Assembly: GCA_964019335.1 (NCBI GenBank)
Contig: OZ025714.1
Location: forward strand, 124,001 to 188,000
Length of the DNA stretch: 64,000 nucleotides
Reading direction: 5' to 3'
Origin: Diplonema japonicum
Lineage: Eukaryota; Protista; Euglenozoa: Diplonemea
Positions within the stretch are counted from its first letter, which is position 1, and each line of letters begins with the position of its first letter. A program made the translations under genes and the position numbers. The notes under the pieces are model-generated. The model ran no database searches. It was not told where the DNA came from and saw only the letters and a program-made list of their open reading frames with translations. This document shows positions 53,866-64,000 of this stretch, one piece after another.

Positions 53866-56007
53866 TCAAACAGATTTTGCGCTCATGTCCAATTTGTAAT
53901 CGTCCATGGATTCCTCATCCACGGGCTCAGCGGACATAGAGTCCGCCTTGCAGGGCTCACCAGTTATCGGGTCAACTTTGCAAGTGGGAGGAAGGGAAGC
54001 AACTTCCGTACACTTAACCTCAAGCGGGATGGCAACGATCGGAGTAGTGTGGGTGACCTTCTTCTTCAAGTAGACAGCGATACCAACACCAACAGCAGTG
54101 AGGAAGGCCACACAACAGCACGCAATGATGATGGCCAACTTCGTGACATCTGTATCCTTCGCAGCCTGCAGACAGTAGGGCCTCCCCCACGTGTCAACCT
54201 TGCATCCCATACCAATAGGGCACACTGTGTTATCACAAGGCCCACGGTTGAGAATACACTGTGGGAATCCGTCTGTGCTCGCTTGGCAGAACTCACCCAT
54301 GCCGCATGCTACTCTTCCGCATTGTTCGCTTGCTGCCAGAGACGCGCATTGTGTGCTGCCCCATTGGTTCACTATGCACTGCAAGTTGTCGCCACACCTG
54401 ACTCCCAAGCATTGCGGCTCCACAACCAAGCACTGGACTTGTCCGTAGTCATTCAGCCCGCACTGCATCCCCGGATCGCATGTCACACCTTTGCACATGT
54501 TTGATGTGATGTCTGGTTGTGTTGTGTTGGTCATGTTTTTGCACCTCGGTCTGCCCCACATGTCGGCTTTGCACATTTGGTAGAAAGGGCACACCACCCC
54601 GTCGCAGGGTCCGGTGTTCCTTTTGCACTGTGGGACGGTCCCGTTACGAGAGCAGAAGGTCCCTGTAGGGCACCTCACACCCGAGCACACATCGTCTGCG
54701 TTTACGCACTCCGAGAGGCCCCATTGGTTCACCACGCATTTCATGCCGCTTCCACACATCATGTCACGGCACTGGTCTGTCTCGTTCATGCACCTGGGGA
54801 CACCCGCGCTTCCGTACACGCACAGGTTCTTTGGGCACGCCAAGTCGGCGCATGTGACCTCGGACCTCTTGCACTCTGCGTACCCTGTCGGCCCAACCAC
54901 ACACACGTCTCCAGCACCGCACCACATGTCCATGCAGGGGTCGGTGTAGTCGCATTCGCATGACCAGCCCCATTCATCAGCGACGCAGTGGCTGCCGCGC
55001 GGGCAGGACACATTGGCACAGGTGTTGTTGCTCACGCACATCCAACCCCACTCGTCTGTGATGCAGTGAGTGCCACTCGCGCAGGGCACACCACCGCAGG
55101 GGTACTTGTCCACACATCTGGCCCAGCCCCAGGCGTCCATTTTACAGTAAGTGCTCGCGGAGCACACGGTGTTGCCGCAGTGGTTTGTCGTGTGGTTGTT
55201 GTTCCTGACGCACCTAAACCAACCCCACGAGTCCGCCTCGCAGTGGGTTCCGTTACGGCACACACCGCACGGGCTAGTAGGCCCGCTGTTGTTCACGCAT
55301 CGAGCCACACCCCATGTGTCCGTGATGCAGTGTGTCCCGTTGGGGCAGGTCATGTTGCCGCAAGGACCGAAGGAGGCGTTGACGCACCTGGACCAACCCC
55401 AGGGGTCGGTCTCGCAATGAGTGCCGTTGGTGCAGATCATGTTGCCGCACGGGTTAGTAGGCCCGCTGTTGTTCACGCATCGAGCCACACCCCATGTGTC
55501 AGCGACGCAGTGTGTCCCGTTGGGGCAGGTTATATTACCGCAAGGACCAGTGGTGGCGTTGACGCACCTGGACCAACCCCAGGGATCGGTCTCGCAATGA
55601 GTTCCATTAGTGCAGGTCATGTTGCTGCAGGGGTCTGCAGGCTTGGTGTTGTTCACGCATCGAGCTCCACCCCATGTGTCAGCGACGCAGTGTGTCCCGT
55701 TGGGGCAGGTCATGTTGCCACAAGGACCGACGGTGGCGTTGACGCACCTGGACCAGCCCCAGGGATCGGTCTCGCAATGAGTGCCGTTGGGGCAGGTCAT
55801 GTTGCTGCAGGGGTCCGTAGGCTTGGTGTTGTTCACGCATTGGGCCCAATCCCACTTGTTCTTGACGCAGTGTGTCCCGGCTGGGCAGAAAATGACGTTA
55901 CAAGGGTCCGTACTGTTAGCACTGCCAGTACCATTGCCAGTACCATTGGTAGTTTGCGAGAAGGCTGGCTGCAAGAGCAGCAGGATCGTGCAAAGGCGAA
56001 TCGACAT
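53866..56007 (-). CDS. Cys-rich type I surface protein with ~20 follistatin-N-like (C..v.C..G..C..d.WG...C) modules, paralog A, 713 aa
   Basis: Signal peptide, repeated 4-Cys modules, many N-x-T sequons, TM LAIIIACCCVAFLTAVGVGIAVYL. Confidence 0.9.
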   Translation of the reverse strand: MSIRLCTILLLLQPAFSQTTNGTGNGTGSANSTDPCNVIFCPAGTHCVKNKWDWAQCVNNTKPTDPCSNMTCPNGTHCETDPWGWSRCVNATVGPCGNMTCPNGTHCVADTWGGARCVNNTKPADPCSNMTCTNGTHCETDPWGWSRCVNATTGPCGNITCPNGTHCVADTWGVARCVNNSGPTNPCGNMICTNGTHCETDPWGWSRCVNASFGPCGNMTCPNGTHCITDTWGVARCVNNSGPTSPCGVCRNGTHCEADSWGWFRCVRNNNHTTNHCGNTVCSASTYCKMDAWGWARCVDKYPCGGVPCASGTHCITDEWGWMCVSNNTCANVSCPRGSHCVADEWGWSCECDYTDPCMDMWCGAGDVCVVGPTGYAECKRSEVTCADLACPKNLCVYGSAGVPRCMNETDQCRDMMCGSGMKCVVNQWGLSECVNADDVCSGVRCPTGTFCSRNGTVPQCKRNTGPCDGVVCPFYQMCKADMWGRPRCKNMTNTTQPDITSNMCKGVTCDPGMQCGLNDYGQVQCLVVEPQCLGVRCGDNLQCIVNQWGSTQCASLAASEQCGRVACGMGEFCQASTDGFPQCILNRGPCDNTVCPIGMGCKVDTWGRPYCLQAAKDTDVTKLAIIIACCCVAFLTAVGVGIAVYLKKKVTHTTPIVAIPLEVKCTEVASLPPTCKVDPITGEPCKADSMSAEPVDEESMDDYKLDMSAKSV
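55268..55880 (-). repeat. Intragenic tandem repeat, 180-nt period (two modules, 60 aa), ~3.5 units
   Basis: gttgttcacgcat recurs at 55288, 55468, 55648 and 55828. Confidence 0.92.
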
Positions 56008-56949
56008 ATTTCGTAGTATCTGTGAGTGGGGCTGTTGAGAACATTACACTTTACGTTAACAACAAAAAAAAACTAGTCATATTCGAGATAGAGGGGCAAC
56101 AGAGAAAAAGAAAATAAGTGCGGGAGTGCTTTATTCTTAAAAAGCTATCAAACTCAAACCTGCTTATGTCAGGGATTAAGACGGCATAAAAAAAAAAAGT
56201 GAGGGGTTGCACTTATCTGTAAAAAATTAATTTAAGGAATCAAGTAGAAAAGGAGAGGTGCGAGCAACATAAAGTTGAAAATACCTCGGAGAGAGAAAGA
56301 GAGAGAGGGAAAAAAAAAAACACACAAAGAAAGTAATGGACTAATAGTCATACTTTTTCGTGTTTTGTGGGGGGGGATTCCTTTGAAATTTTGTTAAGGA
56401 CTCCCCCCTCCCCTCCCCCACTTAACCCATAAAGGAAGAGACTGATTAATCAGTCTATAATCAGGCACGTTGTTTGTGCATGGGTAGTAAAATAACTCCT
56501 TACGCTGCCTGTCAGCAACTAGTTTTTTTGGTTTCAATAATATTGTTGAAACAAAAAAAAAAAACTGACGCATATATTTTCGTGCGAGAATGTTTCACTA
56601 TTTCCTTTTTTTTTTTTTTTTCCCGTATTGCTCCGGGACGGAGGGAAAAAAAAAAAAAAAAAAAAAAAAAAGTAATCGATGATTGGTTTGTGCTAGCCGC
56701 TTATCGTAGGGTTAAACGGAAAAGTTGCCTCGTTTTTCTTTTTTTTTTTCTCCCCCCCCTTTTTTTTTCCTTTTTTCCTTTTGCAATAACACCTCTTTTT
56801 CAAAGCTTGTATACTTGTTACAGCAATTGGAAAAAAAAAAAAAAAGAAAAAAAAAAAAAACTTACCATTTACTTGTTGATAATCTAACTAGCTATCAACA
56901 TACTGTGTAAAATAAGACGGCTTTTAAAAGAAAAAGTCTATCTTCTAAC

Positions 56950-57163
56950 GTCAAAATACCACAGTCGACCCATAAAGTACATGGGGTGTAGCCTAACCAG
57001 CCTGGGGGAGCCATTACCCCTGTAGTAAGAGGTCATGACCGTGCCTAGGTGACAGTTGCTCTGCCGCTTGGTAGTGCAATAGCTAGTTGAGGTTTGCCCT
57101 ATTCTTGTCACCCTGCCGAGCATCCTGTCACCTTGACCCGGCCAAAGATCTTGCTGCCCCATA
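56950..57163. repeat. Dispersed repeat family A copy
   Basis: Homologous to 28339-28648, same orientation. Confidence 0.9.
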
Positions 57164-57165
57164 AT

Positions 57166-57196
<31 letters not shown>

Positions 57197-57422
57197 GAAT
57201 GGGAGGTTGATGTCTGATGTTTAAGGGCAAGTCCTACCTTAAGCAATAAGCATGGAGTGCATCCGGTTTTTTTTTTTGGGGGGTGTGTGTGTCTATCTTT
57301 TAATGCTCCTTTTTATTTTGTTTATTTTTTTTTTTTTTTTGGAGCTTTGGTTTGCAGATCTCAACGAAAGCATCACGAAGCTTATGATCAGAGGTCGGGG
57401 TGCGTTTTTTTTTTTTTCACTC

Positions 57423-57461
<39 letters not shown>

Positions 57462-57783
57462 GACTCCTCGCTCCCCCCATAGATGAAACCGCGGTGAAGA
57501 TCTTGTCGTTGATAAGTAAGAAGAAAAAAAAAAAAACCCCCTACCCGAAGATGTTTCTCAAAAGAGGGGATTTATTGTGCGCCGAATAATTTTCTTTTTC
57601 TTTTCTTTTCTAAACACAGCCCTTTGACCGAGAGACAGCAGAGCAAGACAACTACCCCCCGGTTTCCAAGCCGCCGTAGCTGTGATGGTGTGATCACTGT
57701 TACTTGCCTAATAATCATTTCATGTTTCCGGTCTAAACCTTTTTTTTTTTTTTTTTTTTTGAATACTGACGTGTTATACGTTG

Positions 57784-58851
57784 TCACATGATAGTTATTG
57801 TTTCGTCCTTCGGGGAGTCTTGCTCCAGCGATTCGGCATCACTGTTGCTTTCGCCGAGCTCATCAAACTCTTGATCAAGAGGGGCAAGTACTCCTGCTGG
57901 CCTGCGCCACACAACGATGAGAGCAACGACCGCCACCACCACAGCAGCCGCACATAAAGCAACAACAAGCAAAATACTGTCGTTAAATCTCCTTGCACAC
58001 AATGGCCTCCCCCAAGAATCCACCACACAAACACTCCCAACTGGGCACTGTGTGTTATCACAAGGCCCTTGGTTTGTGGTGCATTGAGGGAACCCATCTT
58101 GAACCACCCGGCAGAACTCCCCTGACTTGCATGTTACCTTCCCGCACGTGATGCTCGCTGTTAGTGAAACGCATTGCGTGCTGCCCCATTGGTTCACTAC
58201 ACAGGTTTTTATTGCATCTTCGCATCTTTCTTTTAAGCACAAATTCTTTAATGTTAAACACACCGCTTTGCCCCACTGGTTCAGCCCACATTTTGTCCCT
58301 TCCTTGCACCCGTTTCTGCAGTACGACGTGAGTATAGTATTTGGGCTTGCGGTAGGGTTCGTGTTGGGTGAACACGTAGGTCTATTCCACTCGTCGGGTT
58401 TGCATATTTCGTTCAAAGGGCACTCCACTGCGTCACATGGGCCTGTGTTGTTCCTGCATTGTAAGATTGGTCCTGTTGAGAAGCAGTGTGTTCCCGTGGG
58501 GCATTGCACATTGGAGCATTCATTGATACGAGGTGTACACTGTGGTGTGCCCCATTGGTTCACAACACAAGTTAAGCCTGTTGGGCACTTTATGTTGGTG
58601 CACTTGTCGGTCTTGTTCATACACCTGGGCACATTTGAAGCCCCGTACACGCAGATCCCATCGAGGGCAGTGCATTTGACATCGGAACAGGTTGTTCCCT
58701 TGATCATGCACTTTGAGCTTTTTTCGCTGGTTACAACGCATACGTTGCCCGTGGGGCAAGTTGTATGGCTGCATACCTCAGATGCTTGGCATGTTACAAT
58801 AGAGTGCAATATCAGAAGAAGGAGGAATATCATATAGGGGGAACCGTGCAT
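57784..58851 (-). CDS. Cys-rich follistatin-N-like repeat surface protein, paralog B, ~355 aa (start 58851 or 58833)
   Basis: Signal MIFLLLLILHSIVTCQA, ~9 modules (CVVNQWG..C), TM ILLVVALCAAAVVVAVVALIVVW. Confidence 0.9.
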   Translation of the reverse strand: MHGSPYMIFLLLLILHSIVTCQASEVCSHTTCPTGNVCVVTSEKSSKCMIKGTTCSDVKCTALDGICVYGASNVPRCMNKTDKCTNIKCPTGLTCVVNQWGTPQCTPRINECSNVQCPTGTHCFSTGPILQCRNNTGPCDAVECPLNEICKPDEWNRPTCSPNTNPTASPNTILTSYCRNGCKEGTKCGLNQWGKAVCLTLKNLCLKERCEDAIKTCVVNQWGSTQCVSLTASITCGKVTCKSGEFCRVVQDGFPQCTTNQGPCDNTQCPVGSVCVVDSWGRPLCARRFNDSILLVVALCAAAVVVAVVALIVVWRRPAGVLAPLDQEFDELGESNSDAESLEQDSPKDETITIM

Positions 58852-59340
58852 TCTGGGTGTGGATGGGGGGTTTTTTTTTTTTCCCATTAATTTTGAGAAA
58901 AAAAATATTGAAGAAGAAGGGGAAAAAAAAAAAAAAAAGCGAAACAAAAGAGCTTTGAATTCTTTCTTTTTTTTTTGAGTTAGAAACACAGGGTGAGAAT
59001 GCGTGGGGGAATTGATCATTTATGCGACTACATGTTTTTTTTTTTTTTTTTCTTTTTTTTTTTCTTTTTTTTTTTCTTCTTTTCTTTTTTTTTCTCCTTC
59101 TCGTTTTTACACGCAAGGGAAAAAAAAAAGAAAAAAAAGAAAAGAAAGAAGAAAGAGAGTCGGCGATTGCTGTGGTTTGGCCTGCGAAGGATTACCAACG
59201 AGCTGCCCGGCAATCCTTTTTTTTTTTTTACTTTTTGCTAAACAAAAACACAAGTTGCTAGTAGTAATAAAATCATTTGAAAGGATAGATATGTAAAGAA
59301 ACAACCCTTGCAATAGGAGCTGGTAGGGGAAATAAAAAAA

Positions 59341-59384
59341 ACACATCTCATGTACTTCTTTATACCTGATGTATCCCTACTACC
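59341..59384. repeat. Short remnant of the family C end
   Basis: acacatct.atgtacttctt.ata resembles the ends of 30190-30499 and 52263-52579. Confidence 0.5.
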
Positions 59385-60537
59385 TGAAATAACACCCATG
59401 GTAACAAAAAAAAAAGGGAGGGGGGGAAAAAGAGGGGGTAACTTCAGGCAACGTTTTTTAAACAAAACCCTCTTCTGAAATTACTTCACGTTTCTTTTCC
59501 GTCTTCTAGCCAGAAGTGATAAAAAAAAAAATGCGGAACCGAGAGGTAACAGTAAAAGCTCACTCTGACCTGCTATTTTCAATTTTTCAGAGTCGTAAGA
59601 CAACTGGCTCTCTGTTGTGTTCCCGCATTTTTTTTTTTTTTTTTTCGAATGACGGTTTTTCCATTAATATTAAAATGAAGTAAATTTGAGGAAGAGTAAA
59701 ATAAAAACCACCTTATATTCACACCCGACAAATTTAACAAAATCATTAGTTCCCCCCCCCCCCCCCCCCCTCCCCCTTTTTTTTGTTCCACTCGGGTGAC
59801 ATCAGAATTCCCTACTCCAAGTGAAGTATCTCAGCAAATTTCTTGAGAGAGGTAAGAAAGAAAAAAAAAATATAAAATAAGTTGTTATCCTATACGAAAC
59901 GAGGCTGCGCTGTACCTGATAGTAGTTCAAATAGTTCCTACCTTGCTTATGTCAAGAAGGATTTTGAAAGCTAAGAATAAAAATATCCCCCCCTTCCTAT
60001 CAGAGAGCGCAGCACAGTGCTGAGCTGGGCAATTTGGAAAGCAGGAAAGAGGAATCATTCCACATGGGTTCAAAGAATATCTCTAACGATAAAAAGCGAG
60101 TAAATCAAATTTTTGAACCAAAAGATATGACTATAAGTTGAAAGAATCTTTGAAGCACGTGAAAACAGGAGAAGGAAACTCACACAAATTTCTCACTCCA
60201 TTGAGAGGTCTAAGGGACGGCACATCGCATTTCACTGCTTTTTTTCCAAAGGAGAACCCATTTTCTGTCAGGGGGGATACCCTTTTTTATATAAAAAAAA
60301 AAAGGCATTAAAAAAAAAAAAGAAAAGAAAGAAAAAGGTACGTAGCCACTACCATTGCATCGTGTTTCCCCTGCTTATGTCAGAAGAAAGATATTTTGCT
60401 TTTTAAAATCTTTTTATTTCCCCCCCCCTTTTTTTTTGTTCGAGGGCTTCAAATAAAAATAGAAGAGAAAAAAATGTGGAGGGAAAAAAAAAAAAAACTC
60501 GATAAAATTTCAGTGTGCATGGGGGGTGCTCACTGGG

Positions 60538-60572
<35 letters not shown>

Positions 60573-61639
60573 CCCTGTCTTTTTTTGTTTTCCCTTTTCT
60601 TTTTTTTTTAAAAAGAACCTTTATCATTTATGCTTCATCAACGAGAATATTGGTCATAAAGTGACACTGGACAAAAAAAGAAATCTGTGAAGAATTGAAT
60701 TTAGTTAGTTCTTCGGGATTTTTCTTGGTAGTGCAACATTTGGTGTATCTATGTTACCTATCAAAGTCGAACCCTAAAAAATTCACTTGCGACACCGGTC
60801 TTGTGCGTGATAGAAAGAACAACAAGCATCATTATTAGCTTTAAAAAAAAAGAAAAAAAAATGGTGGCATAATTTTGGGAGAGCTTTTTTTTTTTTTTTT
60901 TTTCGGGTGCCCCCCTCACATTTGCAGAATTGTATCGGCTGGAAGAGTCAAATGAAGAAAGAAAGAAAGAAAATATAAAAAAAAGAAAGGGAAATATTAT
61001 CTCCCCTGCTTTCCTTCTCCGGTATTATTTAACTCTCCCGTCTAGAATGGACATAAAGGAATCCCCATTTCGTAAGGTATCGAAAACAAATAAGGGAGGG
61101 GAGAGGGGAAGGGAGGCATTCTTACCCTTTACCGGTACGGGGAAAGGGGGGGAGAGAGATCCAAAAAAAAAGAGCAAACCTTTAAAACCAGTTTTAAAAA
61201 AAAAAAATGCACACTGTGATAACATGGGTAGTTTCCTTTTCCCATTCCCCCTTTTTTTCCCCCCCCCTTTTGGGGCATAATGTAGAGAAAAAAAAGAAAG
61301 AGAAAAAAAAAAAAAAAAGGGATTCTTCTAGCGCGTGTTTATTTATTCGCGTATAGCGTAGCGGATAAATAGGAGGTAATTTCGTTCCAAAGAATCTGCG
61401 TAAAAAAACCATCTGCATCACCTACGAATAGTTCAGACAGATATGCTTGTTAATAACGCGGGGGGGGGGGGGGGGGGGAAACCCCAATTCACAACCAGTA
61501 TTGAAAAAAGAAGAAGAAAAAAAAAGATGAGAGTTCACTAAGTTAGAATATTATATGTGTTCCGTCCTTTTGGACTGTGCTTTTCTTCTATGTAAAAAAC
61601 AAACAAACAAACAAACAAACAAAAAAGAAAAAATCGACC

Positions 61640-63385
61640 TTAAACATCCATATCCTTGAATTCGTTTTTCGCTATTCTGGTCCGCGCGAAGGCTGCGATA
61701 GTTGAAAGAACAACGAGCACGAAAACGTATGGAAGGTAGCCGATGTTAAAGGTTAGGACAACAACCTGGTTCGCACACAGCGGCCTCCCCCAGGCGTCCA
61801 CCAAACACTCACTCCCAACCGCACATCTAACATTGTCACAAGGCCCTTGGTTTGTGGTGCATTGAGGGAACCCATCTTGAACCACCCGGCAGAACTCCCC
61901 TGACTTGCATGTTACCTTCCCGCACGTGATGCTCGCTGTTAGTGAAACGCATTGCGTGCTGCCCCATTGGTTCACTACACACTTCATCCCGGTGTTGCAC
62001 TGTATGTTGCAACACGCGTTTCCTAAGTCCAAGCATTCTGCCCTCCCCCATTGGTTCAGTCCACATGTTGTCCCTTCTTTGCATTGACCTCCACAGCCTG
62101 CTGTTTCCGTTGTGGTCTTGTAAGATGTGGTAAGGTGTGCTGTGGGGATTTTCGTGCACTTCGGTCTGTTCCACTCGTCGGGTTTGCATACTGTGCCTGC
62201 GGGGCACTCCATTGCATCGCACAGCCCTGTGTTGTTCCTGCACTGCACGACACCTTCCTTTGCGGAGCAGTGTGTTCCCGTGGGGCATAGCACGCTGGTG
62301 CATTCGCTGTCGATCCTGACACACTGCTGCGTGCCCCATTGGTTTACCACACAGGTCGTACCCGTTGGGCATATGACACCGCGGCACTGATGGCTCGCAG
62401 CCATACACCTGGGCACACCCGATGCACCGTACACGCAGATCCCATCGGGGGCAGTGCATTTGACATCGGAACAGGTTGTTCCCTTGATCATGCATTTTGA
62501 GCTTTTTTCGCTGGTTACAATGCATATATCGTCTTCGGTGCATGCATTCTTCGCGCAAAGGTCTGCGGTGCTGCTGTTTGCAACGCACAAAGCAAGGCCC
62601 TCCTTCGCGATGCAGGGTGCGGAGGAAGGGCACAGCAAGAAGTTGCAAGGGTCGGCGAGGTTCCTCACGCACCTTGCCCAACCATCAGAGGTGGGCTCGC
62701 ATGTCGTGTCACTAGGGCACACCACACCCACACAGGGCCCTGAGGGGGGGGTGGCAACACATGTAGCTACGTTCCAAAAATCCGTCTCACAATGCGTGCC
62801 CTCACGGCAGGTCATGCTCGCACAGTGGACGCTGTTGTTCATACAAGCAGCGTAACCCCAACGGTCCCTCCCGCAGTAAGTACCAGAAGGGCATGTGGAG
62901 TGGCCACAAGGAGTCGCGGGCGGGTTTTTCACACAAGTTCCGTCGGCACAGTGCGTACCATCCGGGCAGGATAAATCACGACATGTGGGAGTGGGGTCCG
63001 CTTCGCAGGTTGCAACACCCCAGAAATCAGTCTCGCAGTGCGTGCCCTCACGGCAGGTCATGCTCGCACAGTGGACACTGTTGTCTATGCAAGCCACGTA
63101 GCCCCAGATATTTCTTTCACAGTGGGTTCCTGGGACACATGATTCGCTTCCGCAGGGGACGCTGTGCTTCATACATATGGGATGTCCGATCACGTTCACG
63201 TCACAGAGGTAGCCTAGAGGGCAGATCACTTGTTCGCAGGGGCCCTTGGTTTTGTTGATACACTGGGACAAGCCCCAAGGATCGATGTCACAGCTAGTGC
63301 CTTGGGGACAGATGGTGTCCTTGCAAGGGTTCGCAAGGGCTTGCGTTACAAATAGTAGTATTAATAGTGTTACTGTTGAGGTTTT

Positions 63386-63388
<3 letters not shown>
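61640..63388 (-). CDS. Cys-rich follistatin-N-like repeat surface protein, paralog C, ~582 aa
   Basis: Signal MKTSTVTLLILLFVTQALA after a poly(A) leader; repeated modules; internal duplicate NSVHCASMTCREGTHCETDFW; C-terminal TM. Confidence 0.9.
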
Positions 63389-63416
<28 letters not shown>

Positions 63417-64000
63417 CCCAGAAGAGGAACTGTGAGGTGTTTTGAAGTCCGGGAAAGAAAGTAAGGGGGAAGGGGTGAAAAAAAAAAAAGAAGAGGAAGA
63501 AAGAAAGAAGAAGAAGAAAGGACAAAAAAAAAAAAAAAAAAGAAGAGAGAGTAACGTTTGAGCACTGCCTTTTGTTATTATTATTTTTTTTTTTTTTCCC
63601 TCTTCTTCTTTTTTTTTTTTTTTTTCTGCATGGAATGGGTTACATAACAAGCTGTTCCCCCCGACTTTGCTTTGCTTTTTTTTTTCCCCTAATTTTTTAT
63701 TTAGAGTGAAAAAAAAAAAAAAAAAAAAAGTATTGCAGGTATGAAAAAAACCCGATGGCTCCATCCCATAAACAGTGAAAGGCCTCTTCTTTAAAAAAGG
63801 AAAAAAAAAATACTAATGAAGAAACTTTAAAAAAAAAAAAAAAAAAAAAAAAAACGAAACTGCATATTGTTGGGGGGAAACGGTAAAAAAAAAAAAAAAA
63901 AAAAAGAGAGAGGAGGGGAGAAAAAAAAAAGAAGAAGAAAAAACTTGACTCCTTCTGCCGGAGTATCGATTGCCGGTGCAACGCCCACAAGATGATCACT

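Noticed and set aside
55268-55880. Regular repeats as a CRISPR-like array
   Set aside because: They are in-frame coding repeats with no unique spacers or cas genes, in a eukaryotic context.
5282-56016. Long plus-strand ORFs (5282..6634, 19375..20235, 24890..25645, 54988..56016 and others)
   Set aside because: They are antisense shadows of GC-rich minus-strand genes.
3085-63565. N-terminal extensions in the ORF track (starts at 3189, 18390, 40379, 50706, 59019, 63565)
   Set aside because: They use non-ATG starts or read through homopolymer leaders. Downstream ATGs give proper signal peptides or start context.
393-63999. Numerous F/K/G/P-rich ORFs in spacers (e.g. 4727..5173, 8269..9036, 50958..51755, 58778..59346)
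   Set aside because: They are translations of homopolymer tracts, with no domain signal.
1-64000. tRNA, rRNA or spliced-leader RNA genes
   Set aside because: No convincing signatures found by eye. tRNAscan or Infernal would be needed to exclude them.

Overview
Eukaryotic nuclear DNA, most consistent with a euglenozoan, probably a diplonemid (taxon is inference). GC-rich exons sit in intergenic DNA full of poly(A), poly(T) and poly(G) tracts. All ~18 credible genes and two pseudogenes are on the minus strand, often only ~85-300 bp apart, which resembles a polycistronic, trans-spliced gene array. Genes: a receptor-type RING-H2 E3, an MMPL/RND transporter, a PAM2/polyQ protein, a 6TM K+ channel, a PH plus pseudo-metacaspase protein, a LamG-repeat protein, TFIIE-alpha, a coiled-coil protein, a chimeric multi-TM surface protein, an SH3-like repeat protein, a ~2,500-aa CHRD-repeat membrane protein, and three tandem Cys-rich (follistatin-N-like) surface proteins with gene-conversion patches. 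I reconstructed 13 small GT-AG introns (36-74 nt) by hand. All lie in the last third of their genes, most have A/C-rich rather than pyrimidine-rich 3' ends, and six are in-frame without a stop. Also present: a decayed non-LTR retroposon whose flanking segments recur as three co-oriented short repeat families downstream of genes (SIDER-like), a probable MITE, and a protein-kinase pseudogene missed by the ORF track. Domain calls are from motif recognition by eye; no searches were run.
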